Shown: positions 28,758-32,000 of the stretch, piece by piece
How the letters are laid out: every line of letters starts with the position of its first letter
How positions within the stretch are numbered: position 1 is the stretch's first letter
DNA from: Aquifex aeolicus VF5
GTDB lineage: Bacteria; Aquificota; Aquificia; Aquificales; Aquificaceae
Direction of reading: 5' to 3'
Assembly (NCBI RefSeq): GCF_000008625.1
Contig: NC_000918.1
Span: 930,001 to 962,000, forward strand
Length of the DNA: 32,000 nt
The notes under the pieces: model-generated
The model's database searches: none
What the model was told of the DNA's origin: nothing
What the model saw: the letters and a program-made list of their open reading frames with translations, nothing else
Translations under genes and position numbers: made by a program

Positions 28758-29560
28758 GCGGATTCTTAATAGCCCTTTTCTGGGTAATTTTTTCTAAGTA
28801 CGTTTTTGACGTGCTCTTTTTCAGAGAAGCAAAGATTGAAAGGGAAATTTTCGGGAATAAGAACCTTGCACTTTCCCTGTCTTACGCGGGTTACTTTCTG
28901 GGACTTGCCTTTTCCTTTTACAGCGTTTACTTTTACGAGAGTCTTTTCAGGGAAGTTCTTTACCTGATTTTCGTGAGCTTTACACTCCTTCTCGGAGTTT
29001 ACATATTTGACCTCATCTTTTTGAGGAAAATAGACCTGAAAGAAGAAATTCTTAGGGGAAACGCAGGTGCGGGGATCACGCAGGGCATTTACTTTCTTTC
29101 CCTCGGTATTTTGATATCCGCTTCCTTCTGGAGAAAGGAGAGCTTCATCCTTTCGGTAATCTACTCCTTAATTTACCTTTCGCTCGGTATGGTTATGCTC
29201 TTTATTTCCACGCTTTTAATGTCCAGACTCCTTAAACTTAACTTTGAGGAAGAAGTAAAGAAGGAAAACTTTTCCGCTTCCCTCGTGCTTGGAAGTATAA
29301 CTCTTGGCGTTTCCGTCGTTTTATACGGTGCGATATCGGGAGAGTTCATGGGAAGCCTTATTTTTGACTTGTTCTCAACTGTCCTTTACTTCGTCGTTTC
29401 TCAGGTACTGATGGTGATTTTTTACGTTGTCGTTGAGTTTTTACTGTTCAGGAAAGTTATTCTTTCCTCAGAGGTTTACGAGAATAACCTTAGTGCCTCC
29501 CTTATACTGAGTGCTACATTCATAGCGAGTGCCTTCATAACCCTTGCGGTTATGGGATGA
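28754..29560 (+). CDS. DUF350-like integral membrane protein, apparently duplicated domain
   Basis: 268 aa, about 8 TM; repeated pattern NLALSLSYAGYFLG... / NAGAGITQGIYFLSLGILISAS / NFSASLVLGSITLGVS / NLSASLILSATFIASA. Confidence 0.78.
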   Translation: MSGFLIALFWVIFSKYVFDVLFFREAKIEREIFGNKNLALSLSYAGYFLGLAFSFYSVYFYESLFREVLYLIFVSFTLLLGVYIFDLIFLRKIDLKEEILRGNAGAGITQGIYFLSLGILISASFWRKESFILSVIYSLIYLSLGMVMLFISTLLMSRLLKLNFEEEVKKENFSASLVLGSITLGVSVVLYGAISGEFMGSLIFDLFSTVLYFVVSQVLMVIFYVVVEFLLFRKVILSSEVYENNLSASLILSATFIASAFITLAVMG

Positions 29561-31038
29561 GTGTTTCTACAGCTTTAAAGCTCTGTATTTTCTTTACTGG
29601 TTTTGCGGGAATAGTTGCCGAGTACTCCCTTGCCACTCTGGCTACTTACCTCCTCGGAAACGCGGTTCTCCAGTGGAGCGTGGTGATTTCCATCTTCCTG
29701 CTTTCTATGGGCCTTGGCTCTCACGCGAGCAGGTATATTCCTGATGATAAAACACCTCTCGCTTTTGTCCTCGCGGAACTCTTCCTCTCCCTCCTCGTTC
29801 CCTTTTCCGTTCCCATAGCCTATCACTTCGCAAATAACTTCCTTCACCTCCAGACGGTTATTTACGGACTTTCCTTCGTTATAGGGAGCTTAATAGGTCT
29901 GGAAATTCCCCTGGCTGTTCGTATAAACAACATGTACGAAGAACTCAAGGTAAATATATCTTCCGTGCTCGAGAAGGATTACCTTGGCTCAGTTCCAGCG
30001 GGACTACTTTACGCATACCTTTTTCTCCCTAAACTCGGTCTTCCCCTAACGGCTATTCTCGCGGGATTTTTCAACTTAATTTCTGCATTTTTACTGGTAA
30101 AGGTATTAAAACCGAAAAAGTTTTTAAAGTTTTTGGCGATTTTTACTTTCTTTTTACTCGCAACTTACGCAGTTGGACACAAGAGGATAACACTCTACGA
30201 AGAGCAGAAGTTTTACGGAGAGGAGATAATCCACTTTGAGCAAACCCCTTACCAGAAGATAGTTTTAACACGGTTTGGAAAACACTACTCTTTATACTTG
30301 GACGGACACCTCCAGTTCTCAACACTTGATGAAAAACGCTATCACGAGACGCTCGTTCACGTTCCCGCCTCTTTTTTAAAAAGATATGAAAAGGCTCTAA
30401 TACTCGGCGGAGGGGACGGACTGGCTTTAAGAGAACTCAGGAAATACCCTTTCGGGGAAATACACCTCGTTGATCTGGACCCTAAAATGATTGAGTTTTC
30501 AAAAAAGAATCTCGTTATGAGGAAAATTAACGAAAACAGCTTTTACGACACGAGGTTAAAGGTATTTTCGGAGGACGCCTTTAACTTTGTAAAAAAGACA
30601 AAAGAGAAGTATGATTTCGTGATTGTGGACCTCATAGACCCCAGAACCCCATCAAGTGCGAGAGTTTACTCCCTGGAGTTTTACATGTCTTTGAAAAACA
30701 AACTAAAAGAAGACGGCATTTTCATAACTCAGGCGGGAGACACTTTCTACAAGAGGGAGGTGTTCTGTTCCATTCTAAAAACTATTAAGAAGGCGGGATT
30801 TTACGCGTACCCTTTAGTTGTGTACATCCCTACCTTTGGCGAGTGGGGGATGGTTATAGGGAGTAAAGAGCCTTTAAACTTTGAGAACTTTGAACTCAAG
30901 GAAAAAACCGAGTTCCTGAACAGGGAAAGGGCTTTAGCCTTTTACACACTCGGGAAGAGTTTGGAGTGCCCGAATGTGGAAGTAAACACTTTACTGAAAC
31001 CCGTGCTTATTTATTATTACTACAAAATACAAAATTAA
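29557..31038 (+). CDS. Membrane-anchored spermidine synthase-like aminopropyltransferase (N-terminal TM domain plus C-terminal SpeE domain)
   Basis: 493 aa; YSLYLDGHLQFSTLDEKRYHETLVH, ALILGGGDGLALRELRKY, LVDLDPKMIEFSKKN, EDAFNFVKK, DFVIVDLIDPRTPSSARVYSLEFY. Confidence 0.9.
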   Translation: MSVSTALKLCIFFTGFAGIVAEYSLATLATYLLGNAVLQWSVVISIFLLSMGLGSHASRYIPDDKTPLAFVLAELFLSLLVPFSVPIAYHFANNFLHLQTVIYGLSFVIGSLIGLEIPLAVRINNMYEELKVNISSVLEKDYLGSVPAGLLYAYLFLPKLGLPLTAILAGFFNLISAFLLVKVLKPKKFLKFLAIFTFFLLATYAVGHKRITLYEEQKFYGEEIIHFEQTPYQKIVLTRFGKHYSLYLDGHLQFSTLDEKRYHETLVHVPASFLKRYEKALILGGGDGLALRELRKYPFGEIHLVDLDPKMIEFSKKNLVMRKINENSFYDTRLKVFSEDAFNFVKKTKEKYDFVIVDLIDPRTPSSARVYSLEFYMSLKNKLKEDGIFITQAGDTFYKREVFCSILKTIKKAGFYAYPLVVYIPTFGEWGMVIGSKEPLNFENFELKEKTEFLNRERALAFYTLGKSLECPNVEVNTLLKPVLIYYYYKIQN

Positions 31039-31063
31039 CACTTTTAAACTAAATTAATATAAC

Positions 31064-32000
31064 ATGGAAAAGGTATTGGCAGAGGAAAGGATTGACCTCG
31101 GAAGATACGACGAGAGATTTTACGCAATTGTGGGAAGGGGAGACGAAAACATAAAGTTCTTCTCCAAGTTCTTCGACGTGAGGATAGTCCCGAGGGGAAC
31201 TGAACTCATAATAAAGGGAGAGGAAGACAAGGTAAGGGAGTTCGTAAACTTCTTAAAGGCTGTTTTGAAGAGGCTCGAGCACGAAAGGCTCACCGCGGAG
31301 GAAGTGAAAGAGTACGCAAAACAGTTTTTGAAGAGCGTGGAAGCATACAAAATTGAGGAACAACCGGGCAGGGAAGAGAAAGAACTTGAAGAGGAAGTAA
31401 TACTCATAACCCACAGAAAGAAGGCAATAGTTCCCAAGACCGAAACCCAAAAGAAGTACGTAGAAGCCATAAAGAAGAACGACATAGTGTTCGGTATAGG
31501 TCCCGCAGGTACGGGAAAAACATACCTCGCTATGGCTATGGCCCTCCAGCACCTCAAGGAAGGTAAGGTAAACAAGATCATCTTAACGAGACCAGCGGTA
31601 GAGGCGGGAGAAAAGCTCGGATTCCTTCCGGGAACTATAGCTGAAAAGGTTCACCCTTACCTCACTCCACTCTACGACGCCCTATACGATATGGTGGACT
31701 ACGACAAGGCTAACTACATGCTTGAAAGAAACATAATAGAGATAGCTCCCCTTGCCTTTATGAGAGGAAGAACCTTAAACGATGCCTTCATAATCCTCGA
31801 TGAAGCACAAAACGCAACCAGGGACCAGATGAAGATGTTTTTAACGAGGATAGGATTTGGCTCTAAGGCAGTAATCACCGGTGACGTTACGCAGATAGAC
31901 CTTCCCAAGAAAAAAGAGTCTGGACTAATAGAAGCTATGGAAGTTCTCAAAAACATAGAAGGTATAGAGTTTATATTCTTCAAACAAACGGACGTTGTGA
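31064..32000 (+). CDS. PhoH-family ATPase, 3' truncated by window edge
   Basis: Open frame from ATG at 31064 (MEKVLAEERIDLGRYDERFY); N-terminal KH-like region; PKTETQKKYVEAI, FGIGPAGTGKTYLAMAMA, ILTRPAVEAGEKLGFLPG, FIILDEAQNAT. Confidence 0.93.
   Translation, partial: MEKVLAEERIDLGRYDERFYAIVGRGDENIKFFSKFFDVRIVPRGTELIIKGEEDKVREFVNFLKAVLKRLEHERLTAEEVKEYAKQFLKSVEAYKIEEQPGREEKELEEEVILITHRKKAIVPKTETQKKYVEAIKKNDIVFGIGPAGTGKTYLAMAMALQHLKEGKVNKIILTRPAVEAGEKLGFLPGTIAEKVHPYLTPLYDALYDMVDYDKANYMLERNIIEIAPLAFMRGRTLNDAFIILDEAQNATRDQMKMFLTRIGFGSKAVITGDVTQIDLPKKKESGLIEAMEVLKNIEGIEFIFFKQTDVV

Noticed and set aside
29575-29847. 90-aa minus-strand ORF inside the SpeE-like gene
   Set aside because: No promoter or domain support and lies antisense to a TM-coding region.

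Overview
The window reads as an ordinary, densely packed core-genome segment of a hyperthermophilic bacterium; gene content and protein style suggest Aquificales, close to Aquifex aeolicus (inferred, not searched). Left part: a respiratory complex I operon, partial nuoD then nuoH-I-J-K-L-M-N. Middle: ispD, a multi-zinc-ribbon protein coupled to mobB, a rhomboid protease, an archaeal/Hel308-like Ski2 helicase, a MoeB/ThiF E1-like enzyme, a DAACS symporter, a periplasmic adaptor plus TolC pair, a TtuA-type tRNA thiolase, a small Cys-rich protein, pyrG and a sugar epimerase. Right: a minus-strand operon tRNA-Leu(UAG)-tig-clpP-clpX-MEMO1-like, a gph/thioredoxin-like lipoprotein pair, and a tightly overlapping plus-strand cassette: YbjN/YjfI-like - PspA - DUF4178-like - lipoprotein - DUF350-like membrane protein - membrane-anchored spermidine-synthase-like enzyme. 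A partial phoH-like gene closes the window. Most noteworthy: (1) the PspA/DUF350/aminopropyltransferase envelope cassette; (2) two 1-nt frame disruptions, near the start of tig and inside the gene before pspA; (3) tRNA-Leu serving as leader of the tig-clpP-clpX operon; (4) several operon-first genes with a -10-like box only about 3-9 nt before the start codon and no Shine-Dalgarno, suggesting leaderless mRNAs; (5) three convergent pairs overlapping by exactly 4 bp at their stop codons; (6) a PqqD-like N-terminal extension on the MEMO1 protein; (7) abrupt codon-style changes inside nuoL. No CRISPR array, IS element or phage module was seen.
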